Below the pieces are notes generated by a model. It saw nothing but the letters and a program-made list of their open reading frames with translations, was not told the DNA's origin and ran no database searches. Below, one piece after another: positions 8,611 to 16,492 of a stretch of DNA of 64,000 bases. Both the position numbers and the translations under genes were made by a program. Source of the stretch: Polyangiaceae bacterium (GTDB lineage Bacteria; Myxococcota_A; Polyangia; Polyangiales; Polyangiaceae); contig CBDCTZ010000013.1 in NCBI GenBank assembly GCA_965222375.1, positions 672,001 to 736,000 on the forward strand. The letters are read 5' to 3'. Position 1 is the first letter of the stretch, and the number at the start of each line of letters is the position of its first letter.

Positions 8611-10292
8611 ACGCGCGCATCATGGGTCTCGCGCTGCTGAGCTGCTTGCTCTGCATCCTGGCGCCGGCGCAGCTTCTCGCGGCGGAACGCGCCCGGGTCG
8701 TGGTGGGCAGCTTCGCTGGCGACGACAGCGGCAGCGCTCGCCGCGCCGTGGTCAAGGCGCTGAAGGCCAAAGGCGAGGTCTTCGTCGTCAGCGGTGACCA
8801 CGCAGCGGGCGTCGGCGAGTCCCTGGGCAAGAGCGCGGACAGTGCAAAGGGCGTCAAGGCCATTTCCAAAGCGCTCGGCCTCGGCGCTTGGATCGACGGC
8901 AGTGTCAAGGACGCAAAAGGCGTGTGGACCGCAACCTTGAAACTGCGCAGCCCCAAAGATGGTGAAGTATCCGAGACTCACAAATTCCGCGCAGGTGACG
9001 CCGGTGCCCTCGCCGACAAGATCAAGTCTGGTGTCTGGAAGGCTCTCGGGCCGTCTCTCAAGGATGCTCCCAAGCCCAAAAGCGGCGGCAAGAAACGCGT
9101 CGTCGTGCTGTCTTTCACAGGCAGCAAGTCAGGGACGGTTCGCTCCTACGCGAAAGGCGCGATCAAGAAGACCAAGGGCGTCAAACTCGTTGGCGACAAG
9201 ACGCTTCGTGACGTCGACATATCCGACGAGCCCAAGACCGAGGACATAGTCACCGCGGCGGCCGTGCTTGACGCGGCCCTGATCATCGCCGGCAACGTGG
9301 AAGCCAAGAAGGGCAGGTACACTCTGACCGTCACGGCCTTCAACGGCGCGGACGGTGAAGCCCTCGGAGAGTTTTCCTTCAAGGGCCGGGGCCTGTTGGG
9401 GCTGCGTGGCAAAGTGGTCCGGGGACTGGGCAAAAAGCTCAAAGGCCCAATCCAACGATCTGCAGTGCCCGAGCCTCCTGAAGAGGAGATTGAAGAAGAG
9501 GAAGAAGAAGAAGGCGGAGAAGAAGAGGAAGAGGAAGAAGCGGAGGAAGAAGAAGAGGAAACTGGCGACGACAAGCGCCCGTCACCTCTCGAGATCACCG
9601 CCGGCGTTCGGGTGTTCTCTCGCAACTTCCGCTACACCGACGACCTCTTCGATGCCCTGCGCTCCTACAAGTTGGGAGCAGCACCGGCATTCTTCATCCG
9701 CGGGCGCTGGTACCCAGCAGCGCACTTCAGCGGTGGCATCCCCGCACACATCGGTCTGACCGGCGGCTACGAGCAAGGCGTCTTCCTGAAAAGCAAAGTG
9801 AGTGGCGGCGAGGAACTCACCACCAAGATGAGCGAATGGTACGCAGGACTGCGCTATCGGCTGCCCATCGAGCGACACGAACTCGGTTTTCAGGGGACCT
9901 ACGGCAAGCACAAGTTCGACGTCGAAGACGACCCCGCCGCACCTCTAGTTCCCGACGTCGAGTACGCCTACATTCGTTTGGGAGTCGACGGGCGAGTGCG
10001 TGTGGATCAAATCCTCCTCGGAGCGCACCTCGGGTACCGCATGCTGCTCGATACCGGCGAGCTCCAATCCAGTGCTTGGTTCCCTAACGCAAGTGGTGGA
10101 GGTGTGGATGCTGGCCTCCTCGCCGGCTACGAAGTCGTTACGGGCGTCTCGCTGGTCGCCGGCTTCGACTTCCGGCGCTACTTCCTGACCTTCGACCCCG
10201 AGCCGGGAGATCCCTTCATCGCGGGTGGTGCCGTCGACGAGTACTTGTCTGGGTGGGGCGGCGTGTCCGTGCAGCTGCCCGGCGACAAATAG
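8607..10292 (+). CDS. Exported protein with poly-Glu linker and C-terminal outer-membrane beta-barrel-like domain
   Basis: Signal peptide; two similar Lys-rich domains (RVVVGSFAG, RVVVLSFTG); acidic tract; alternating aromatic strands at the C-terminus; GTGA overlap with upstream gene. Confidence 0.75.
   Translation: MNARIMGLALLSCLLCILAPAQLLAAERARVVVGSFAGDDSGSARRAVVKALKAKGEVFVVSGDHAAGVGESLGKSADSAKGVKAISKALGLGAWIDGSVKDAKGVWTATLKLRSPKDGEVSETHKFRAGDAGALADKIKSGVWKALGPSLKDAPKPKSGGKKRVVVLSFTGSKSGTVRSYAKGAIKKTKGVKLVGDKTLRDVDISDEPKTEDIVTAAAVLDAALIIAGNVEAKKGRYTLTVTAFNGADGEALGEFSFKGRGLLGLRGKVVRGLGKKLKGPIQRSAVPEPPEEEIEEEEEEEGGEEEEEEEAEEEEEETGDDKRPSPLEITAGVRVFSRNFRYTDDLFDALRSYKLGAAPAFFIRGRWYPAAHFSGGIPAHIGLTGGYEQGVFLKSKVSGGEELTTKMSEWYAGLRYRLPIERHELGFQGTYGKHKFDVEDDPAAPLVPDVEYAYIRLGVDGRVRVDQILLGAHLGYRMLLDTGELQSSAWFPNASGGGVDAGLLAGYEVVTGVSLVAGFDFRRYFLTFDPEPGDPFIAGGAVDEYLSGWGGVSVQLPGDK
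9480..9560 (+). repeat. GAA/GAG-rich tract encoding poly-glutamate
   Basis: Encodes EEEIEEEEEEEGGEEEEEEEAEEEEEE. Confidence 0.9.
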
Positions 10293-10319
10293 AGCCCCCA
10301 TACCCATGGCTCGGGCCGC

Positions 10320-11216
10320 ATGAGCGACAGCCGCACATCGGCAACCCGCGCTCGGCTCTCGGTTTTGGGGGCAGCGGTCCTGTTTTCCACCGGGGGCGCG
10401 GCGATCAAAGCGTGCGCGCTGTCGGCCCTTGCCGTCGCAGGCTTGCGTTCCGGCATTGCCGCGCTCGCTCTGGCGCTGCTGCTTCCGCAGTCACGCCGCG
10501 GCTGGACGCGGCGTACCGTGGTGGTCGGCATGACCTACGCCGGCACGATGATCCTCTTTGTCGCCGCGAACAAACTCACGACCGCTGCCAACACGATCTT
10601 TCTGCAGTCCACAGCGCCCCTGTACGTGTTGTTGGCCTCGCCGTGGCTTCTCGGGGAGCGCGCCAAGAAGAGCGACATCCTCTACATGCTGGTCTTAGCT
10701 GCTGGGCTGGCCATGTTCTTCGTCGGCGACCGCGCCCCAGACCCCTTGGCGCCTAACCCAACCCTGGGCAACGTCCTGGCCGTGCTCGCCGGGGTCTGTT
10801 GGGGTGGCACGGTGCTTGGTCTACGTTGGCTGTCAATGCCGGACGCTGCCGGGCGAGCTCCCAGCAACCTGACTGGCGTTCTTGCTGGCAATCTATTCGC
10901 CTTCGCATTCTGCATTCCTCTCGCCTTCCCTCTTGGCGATGTCTCGGGAACGGATGTGTCGGCTCTGCTCTACCTGGGCGTCATTCAAATCGCGATGTCC
11001 TACGTCCTGCTCAGCCACGGTCTCGCGAGAATCGCCGCGCTGGAAGGTTCGCTGCTGCTGACCGTAGAACCCGTTCTCAACCCGATTTGGGCATTCTGGA
11101 TGCACGGAGAGGTCCTCGGCGCCTGGGCCATTGCCGGCGGAGGCATGATCTTGGGCGCGACCCTATTTCGCACTGCCAGTGGGCATCTCCGCGCCAGGCG
11201 GGGCGCGCCTACGTAG
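10320..11216 (+). CDS. EamA/DMT-family transporter
   Basis: About 10 hydrophobic helices; LQSTAPLYV and EPVLNPIW motifs. Confidence 0.9.
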   Translation: MSDSRTSATRARLSVLGAAVLFSTGGAAIKACALSALAVAGLRSGIAALALALLLPQSRRGWTRRTVVVGMTYAGTMILFVAANKLTTAANTIFLQSTAPLYVLLASPWLLGERAKKSDILYMLVLAAGLAMFFVGDRAPDPLAPNPTLGNVLAVLAGVCWGGTVLGLRWLSMPDAAGRAPSNLTGVLAGNLFAFAFCIPLAFPLGDVSGTDVSALLYLGVIQIAMSYVLLSHGLARIAALEGSLLLTVEPVLNPIWAFWMHGEVLGAWAIAGGGMILGATLFRTASGHLRARRGAPT

Positions 11217-11278
11217 CCAGAAACCTTGTGCCAGGGGCCCTATCGACACTCAGGGCAGGCCACCCGTACACTGGCGAG

Positions 11279-11815
11279 GTGCTGACGGACGCGCTGGCCG
11301 AGATGTTCCGAGATGCCGCGGACGAGCGGAGCGTGCGCGCATACTCCGCGGCGCTGGTTGGCATCGGAGACACCCAAGCAGGCGCACAGCGAGTCGCCGA
11401 GATCGAGGCCATGCTGGAAGCCATGTACCTGATGGCAGCGTCCGACGGCGAGGTCGCGCCGGAGGAACTACTGCAACTCAGCGCCAGCCTCCGAGCCATG
11501 CTCGAGGGATTCCAGTCCGCAGGCTCCGCCGAAACGACCCTCCCCCTCCTCAAACTGAACGACACCCTGGCGAAGTTTCAAACACTCCTGGAGAGCGACG
11601 GACTCGAGCACCGCCTCGAAGCGGTCGCCCAAAGGCTGCTCACCCCTGAATCCGCCTGTTTGGCTTTTTCCCTCGCTGCGGCCGTTGCCTTCGTGGACGA
11701 CTTCGTCGACACCGGCGAGGCCAACGCCATCGACAAGCTCGCCAACGCCCTGGGCTTCAAGCCCGAAGAATCCCAACACCTACTGCGCGAAGTCCACTCG
11801 CGCCTCGAGCAGTGA
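11279..11815 (+). CDS. TerB-like (tellurite resistance family) protein
   Basis: AMYLMAASDGEVAPEE and AVAFVDDFVDTGE...LANALG. GTG 11279 or ATG 11303; the longer ORF call overlaps the EamA gene. Confidence 0.75.
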   Translation: MLTDALAEMFRDAADERSVRAYSAALVGIGDTQAGAQRVAEIEAMLEAMYLMAASDGEVAPEELLQLSASLRAMLEGFQSAGSAETTLPLLKLNDTLAKFQTLLESDGLEHRLEAVAQRLLTPESACLAFSLAAAVAFVDDFVDTGEANAIDKLANALGFKPEESQHLLREVHSRLEQ

Positions 11816-11856
11816 CTCGACTCGCCTGTTTGGGGTAGCGGCCGCCCCAATCCAAC

Positions 11857-11964
11857 CCCGTGAAGCCTGAGGGTTTTGGTTTGGGTCGCGTCGACGATGC
11901 TCGAAGTACTAGAGACCTCGGAAGTCATCCCGCGAAGCCTGAGGGTTTTGGTTTGGGTCGCGTC
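11857..11964. repeat. Two 36-bp direct repeats separated by 36 bp
   Basis: CCCG(T/C)GAAGCCTGAGGGTTTTGGTTTGGGTCGCGTC at 11857-11892 and 11929-11964, one mismatch. Confidence 0.92.
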
Positions 11965-12052
11965 CCTGCCGCAGCCCGGGGCTCTACTCCCGTCCCGGCC
12001 CACATTGCGCGAAGCCCCGCGTTTCGATTGGGCTTCCCACACAGAAAGTGAT

Positions 12053-12076
12053 GGAGCCAGCTTGGGGATTTGAACC
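12053..12076 (-). repeat. 24-bp duplicate of the tRNA-Thr 3' end (att-like)
   Basis: GGAGCCAGCTTGGGGATTTGAACC is identical at 12053-12076 and 12189-12212. Confidence 0.92.
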
Positions 12077-12190
12077 GATCGACCCAGGGCCCGCGCTAGC
12101 GCGACCCTCCTTGAGCCAGATGGCTGTCGCACGCCCAGAGGGCGAAGACCCAAGCACCAACACTGGTGTCCGATCCTCGGAAACAGACGG

Positions 12191-12262
<72 letters not shown>

Positions 12263-12448
12263 ATAGCGGGGGCGGGAGCTTGTCGCGCGCTAGACGCCAA
12301 GTCAAGACAAACGCTGGCGGGCGCTTGGCGTTCCTACGCAAAAAACGCGTGGCTGAATAGCAGCGATCCGGCCCCGGCTGCGCTCCGGCAAGCCACGCGG
12401 CTTCGGGTCTCGCCATGACGCAGGATCCCCGCTACACCGATCAGACCG

Positions 12449-13657
12449 ATGAGCGTGCCCAAGATCAGGATTCCGGCTGACACCCGCGTTGGAGGCTTCC
12501 GGTTCGGATCGATCGCTGCAGGAATACGCACGGATGGGCGCGATGACCTGGCCCTCGTGCTCAGCGAAGCCGAATGCGCCAGCGCGGGAGTGCTGACCCG
12601 CAACGTCGTGCGCGCAGCTCCAATTCAAATCATGGCTAGGCGACTGGGACGACAGCGTACACGCGGGGTTTTGGTCAATAGCGGCTGCGCCAATGCCTGC
12701 ACGGGAGAGGCCGGAATGGCAGAGGCGTTGCGCGGATGCGCCTCCGTCGCCGAGGCCGCGGACGTACCGGAGGACTCCGTGCTTCCGGCATCCACCGGAG
12801 TGATCGGAAGCCTATTGCCAGCGGACCACATCGTCGCTCACGCACGTGCCCTGGCGGCTTCGCTCACACCGACAGGTTGGGAAGGTTTTGCGCGGGCGAT
12901 CATGACGACGGATCGCTGGCCCAAGGTCGCATACCGCAAGCTGCCAGGCTCCGACGACGCACCATCCGTCTTGTGCATTGCCAAAGGCGCCGGAATGGTT
13001 CACCCGGATCTGGGGCCACCTCAAGCAACGATGCTCGCTTTCGCGTTCACGGATGCTGCCGTGGACGCGCATACCCTCGGCAAGGCCCTCCACGCGGCGG
13101 TGGATACGACCTTCAACGCCTGTAGCGTCGATGGTGACACCAGCACCAACGACTGCGTCGTGGTACTCGCCTCCGGAACGTCCGGGCAGACTCCCGCTCC
13201 GACGGCGCTGACGGGTGTGCTCGAGTCAGCCTTCGATGAGCTGGCGCGAAGCATGTTGGCGGACGGAGAGGGAGCAGAGCACGTCGCCGAGATCCGCATT
13301 TCTGGGCTCGCCAGCGAGGCGGACGCCCGTAAGGTCGCGCGTACGGTTGCCACCAGCCAACTGGTCAAGACGGCGCTCTTCGGCAAGGACATCAATTGGG
13401 GGCGGCTCATGGGGGCGGCTGGGCGCGCTGGCGTGCGCTTCAACCCCGAGCAGGCGCGAATTTGGGTGGGGGATGTGTTGATAGTCGAGGCCGGAGTCGC
13501 CGTGGGTCCGGAAGCGGAAGCGGACGCCAATCGCATACTGGCCGAGCCCAGCTACGTCATCAGCATGGAGCTGGGAGACGGGTCCAGCAGCTTCCGCTAC
13601 CTGACCAGCGATCTTGGGCATGGCTACGTCGACGTGAATGCCGGATACCGGTCGTGA
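12449..13657 (+). CDS. argJ: Ornithine acetyltransferase
   Basis: NSGCANACTG, STGVIG, IMTTD, KGAGM..P....ATML, VDGDTSTND, DGEGA. Confidence 0.96.
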   Translation: MSVPKIRIPADTRVGGFRFGSIAAGIRTDGRDDLALVLSEAECASAGVLTRNVVRAAPIQIMARRLGRQRTRGVLVNSGCANACTGEAGMAEALRGCASVAEAADVPEDSVLPASTGVIGSLLPADHIVAHARALAASLTPTGWEGFARAIMTTDRWPKVAYRKLPGSDDAPSVLCIAKGAGMVHPDLGPPQATMLAFAFTDAAVDAHTLGKALHAAVDTTFNACSVDGDTSTNDCVVVLASGTSGQTPAPTALTGVLESAFDELARSMLADGEGAEHVAEIRISGLASEADARKVARTVATSQLVKTALFGKDINWGRLMGAAGRAGVRFNPEQARIWVGDVLIVEAGVAVGPEAEADANRILAEPSYVISMELGDGSSSFRYLTSDLGHGYVDVNAGYRS

Positions 13658-13989
13658 CCAAGATCGCGCCGCTGCTCTTGGTCTCCCTGATCGCTTGTGC
13701 GCCGCCTCGGGGCACCGTCGGTGCGGTGCTGTCCCGGGATGCGGAAGGTCGGCTCCACATTGCCGAAGCGCCGGAAGGGCTGGCGGCAGACAAGGCAGGC
13801 CTGCAGTCCAACGACGAGATCATTCTGATTGACGGAATGGATGTGCGCACCCTTTCCGAGAAGGAGCTGCGCCAAGCGTTGCGGGGCGAGGTTGGCGACA
13901 AAGTGAAAGTCACCGCGCTTCGCGGCGAGGAAGTCGTGCGCGTGACCTTGAAGCGCACTGAGGCGAAACGCCGCCTGCAACGTCGCTAG
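13654..13989 (+). CDS. Small PDZ-domain lipoprotein
   Basis: GTG start overlaps the argJ stop; lipobox LIAC; AADKAGLQSNDEIILIDG PDZ signature. Confidence 0.82.
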   Translation: MTKIAPLLLVSLIACAPPRGTVGAVLSRDAEGRLHIAEAPEGLAADKAGLQSNDEIILIDGMDVRTLSEKELRQALRGEVGDKVKVTALRGEEVVRVTLKRTEAKRRLQRR

Positions 13990-13990
13990 C

Positions 13991-15007
13991 TCACGCCGGC
14001 AGCGCAGCCAGGTGGTCTTCGATGCGTTGGGTGATTTCGTCGAGGTGGAGCGCGAAAGTCATGTGCCCACCCTCGATCCACAAGATGTTCGGGCGGTTCC
14101 ACTGTCGCCACTGCTCCTCCGCAATGGCTGCGTCGATGTACACGTCCTCCCGGGCCTGGATCCAGAGCTGACGTTCTGGCGCCATGATGGGCGGGAAAGA
14201 GGACATCCCGATGCGGCTGAACAGATCTTGGCGCTGCTGTCGGTCGATCCCCCAATCCTCCAAGTCCTTGCGCATCCGCCACAAGATCGGTGCGAACTCC
14301 ACCGCGGCTTCGAGTTCGAGGTGAGCGATGATCGGAATGATGAAATTGGGCATGGGCTCCAAGCAGGCGAACAGCATCGTGATCGCTCCGCCCAAGCTGA
14401 TCCCAGTCACACCAACCCGGTCGTAACCCTGGTCTCTGAGCCACGCCATCAGCGCACGAGTATCGCAAACAGCCTGTCGAACCCCTTCCATGCTGCGAAC
14501 GATGTCTGCGGTCCAAAAGTACTCGCCCGAGAAGAGTGCGTCGCGTGGCTTGCGCGTGCCGTGAAAGGGTAGCGCTACGTGCACGATGTCGACATCCAGC
14601 TCCCTCGACCAGCGGCGGAAGAGCGTCGCCTCCTCCGCCCAGCTTCCGGGCTCGAGCCAACCATGGACGTAGATGAGCGCCGTCTTCCGAGCTCTACCCT
14701 CCGGACGAATCCAACGAGCCCACGCCGTCAGATTGCGTCGGTACTCGTTCTCATGACGTCGGCGGTAGCGCTGGCACAGCACTTCGTGGGTGCTCGTCCA
14801 GCGCAAGGTGCTCGTCCGTAATGCCCGGTCCATGACGCTGCGTTTGACCACCAGATCTTCAATCGGCGCTGGCGGTGGAAAGAGCTTGTCCGCCGACAGG
14901 TCGAGGTACTGGTGCAAATAGCCAACCGTGTTGATCTTCGCGCCGCGCAGATGCAGCAGCCGAGACAGCACCCCGGCTACCCTGTCAGCGTTCTTTCCGT
15001 AGCCCAA
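13991..15007 (-). CDS. Alpha/beta hydrolase family protein
   Basis: HGW, LPFHGTRKP, GISLGG nucleophile motif, GGH. Confidence 0.85.
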   Translation of the reverse strand: MGYGKNADRVAGVLSRLLHLRGAKINTVGYLHQYLDLSADKLFPPPAPIEDLVVKRSVMDRALRTSTLRWTSTHEVLCQRYRRRHENEYRRNLTAWARWIRPEGRARKTALIYVHGWLEPGSWAEEATLFRRWSRELDVDIVHVALPFHGTRKPRDALFSGEYFWTADIVRSMEGVRQAVCDTRALMAWLRDQGYDRVGVTGISLGGAITMLFACLEPMPNFIIPIIAHLELEAAVEFAPILWRMRKDLEDWGIDRQQRQDLFSRIGMSSFPPIMAPERQLWIQAREDVYIDAAIAEEQWRQWNRPNILWIEGGHMTFALHLDEITQRIEDHLAALPA

Positions 15008-15031
15008 CCCGCTCTCCCCAGGCCCCTGGCT

Positions 15032-15868
15032 TCACGCCTTCGGGCCAAAGCCCAGAATGACGTAGCCACCACTCCGCTCGTCTTTCTGCAACTCCAGCAA
15101 GCCACGACTGCCGGCGTCCTCGAGCAGTTCGTTGAAACTTCGGTAACCGTGAAAGGACTCATTGAAACTCGGCCGCTTGCGTTTCAACGTCTGTTTCACC
15201 ATCGAGCCCCAAATACTGTCATCGCGGTCGCGAAATAGTGCGTCCACGACATCCAACACCAATTCGATGCCCTCGGTTTGACGCTGTTCAACATCGGGGT
15301 CGTCGTCAGCCGCCTTCTTCTTGGTCGGTTGGCTGCGATCGCGCTTGGTCTCATCCCCGCTGGGTTTGGCGCGGACGCGTTCACTTTTTCGGCTGCGCAC
15401 CAAGTCGTCGTAGAGAATGAACTCATCACAACTCTCGATGAGCAAATCGCTGCTGGAGTTCTTCACTCCAATTCCAACGACGGTCTTGTCATTCTCCCGA
15501 AGCTTGCTGACAACCGGGGAAAAGTCGCTGTCCCCTGACACAATGACGAACAGGTCGACATGGCTCTTGGTGTAACAAAGGTCTAGAGCGTCCACGACGA
15601 GCCGGATGTCCGCTGAGTTCTTGCCGGAATAGGAAACGTGCGGGATCTCGATCAGTTCGAAGCCCGCTTCATGAAGCCCCCGACGAGCGCTCTTGTAGCG
15701 ATCCCAGTCCGAGTACGCTTTCTTGACGACGATTTTGCCCTTGTCGAGCAACCGTTCAAGCACCAGTTGGATGTCGAACGCGTCGAAACGAGCATCCCGG
15801 GCACCGAGAGCAACATTCTCGTAGTCGCAGAATATGGCGATATTCGGTGCGCTGTCGGTCACGTTCAC
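15032..15868 (-). CDS. NYN-domain protein (LabA/DUF88) with C-terminal OST-HTH
   Basis: FCDYEN, GKNSADIRLVVD, SGDSDFSP, CDEFILYD; FNESFHGYRSFNELLE. Confidence 0.92.
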   Translation of the reverse strand: MNVTDSAPNIAIFCDYENVALGARDARFDAFDIQLVLERLLDKGKIVVKKAYSDWDRYKSARRGLHEAGFELIEIPHVSYSGKNSADIRLVVDALDLCYTKSHVDLFVIVSGDSDFSPVVSKLRENDKTVVGIGVKNSSSDLLIESCDEFILYDDLVRSRKSERVRAKPSGDETKRDRSQPTKKKAADDDPDVEQRQTEGIELVLDVVDALFRDRDDSIWGSMVKQTLKRKRPSFNESFHGYRSFNELLEDAGSRGLLELQKDERSGGYVILGFGPKA

Positions 15869-16006
15869 TTCAGTAGCAGCCTTTGCAAGTAGGGTGTGTC
15901 AGAAAACCACCATCCATCACCTGGGGACTCGGCGTAGGCAGATGTAGGAAGTTTTCGCAGGCCGCTGCCTCTTGGCGTGGCGTTTCGCACAGGCTAGATT
16001 TCTATC

Positions 16007-16462
16007 TTGGTGTGGGAGCGAGCGCACCTCGCCGGCATGATTCACGGCGACATCAAGCCCGGCAACATCTTCCTATCCGAGGGCGACGCAGGTCGGATTG
16101 GCCCTGGACGGTCCGACTTGGGAGTGGAGTTCTACTGGGGCGCCTCGAAGACAGACGCTCGGCCACGGTTGGAGTTCGGAGGCGGATCTAGTGGATACGG
16201 CCCGCGCATCGACCGGGTCAGCGCGCGCTACGCATATGTGGCGCCCGAGTTCCGCATCGGCCCGCGCCTTGGCAAGTTCGAGCTGTCAGCGGGGATCCGG
16301 CCCATGCTTCTACTCGCCCTTAGCCAACCAGAATTCGACGACAAACAGCGCCTCACGGACGATCAGTCGTTGGGCTACTTCCGATTCCAGCCCGAGACCC
16401 TGGCCGCAAGCACGATGGCATTGATCGAAGCCGGGCTCGGCGTACGATACAGCTTCTACTGA
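16007..16462 (+). pseudogene. Probable chimeric remnant: kinase catalytic loop joined to a beta-barrel C-terminus
   Basis: GMIHGDIKPGNIFL followed by amphipathic strands ending EAGLGVRYSFY; no signal peptide and no DFG. Confidence 0.5.
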
Positions 16463-16492
16463 CGCAGCTGTGCGCGTGATATAGCCGGAAGC

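Noticed and set aside
11857..11964. Annotating as a bona fide CRISPR array
   Set aside because: Only two good repeats, no cas genes or AT-rich leader in the window, and the repeat pairs with flanking DNA like a REP. Kept as a repeat and a finding
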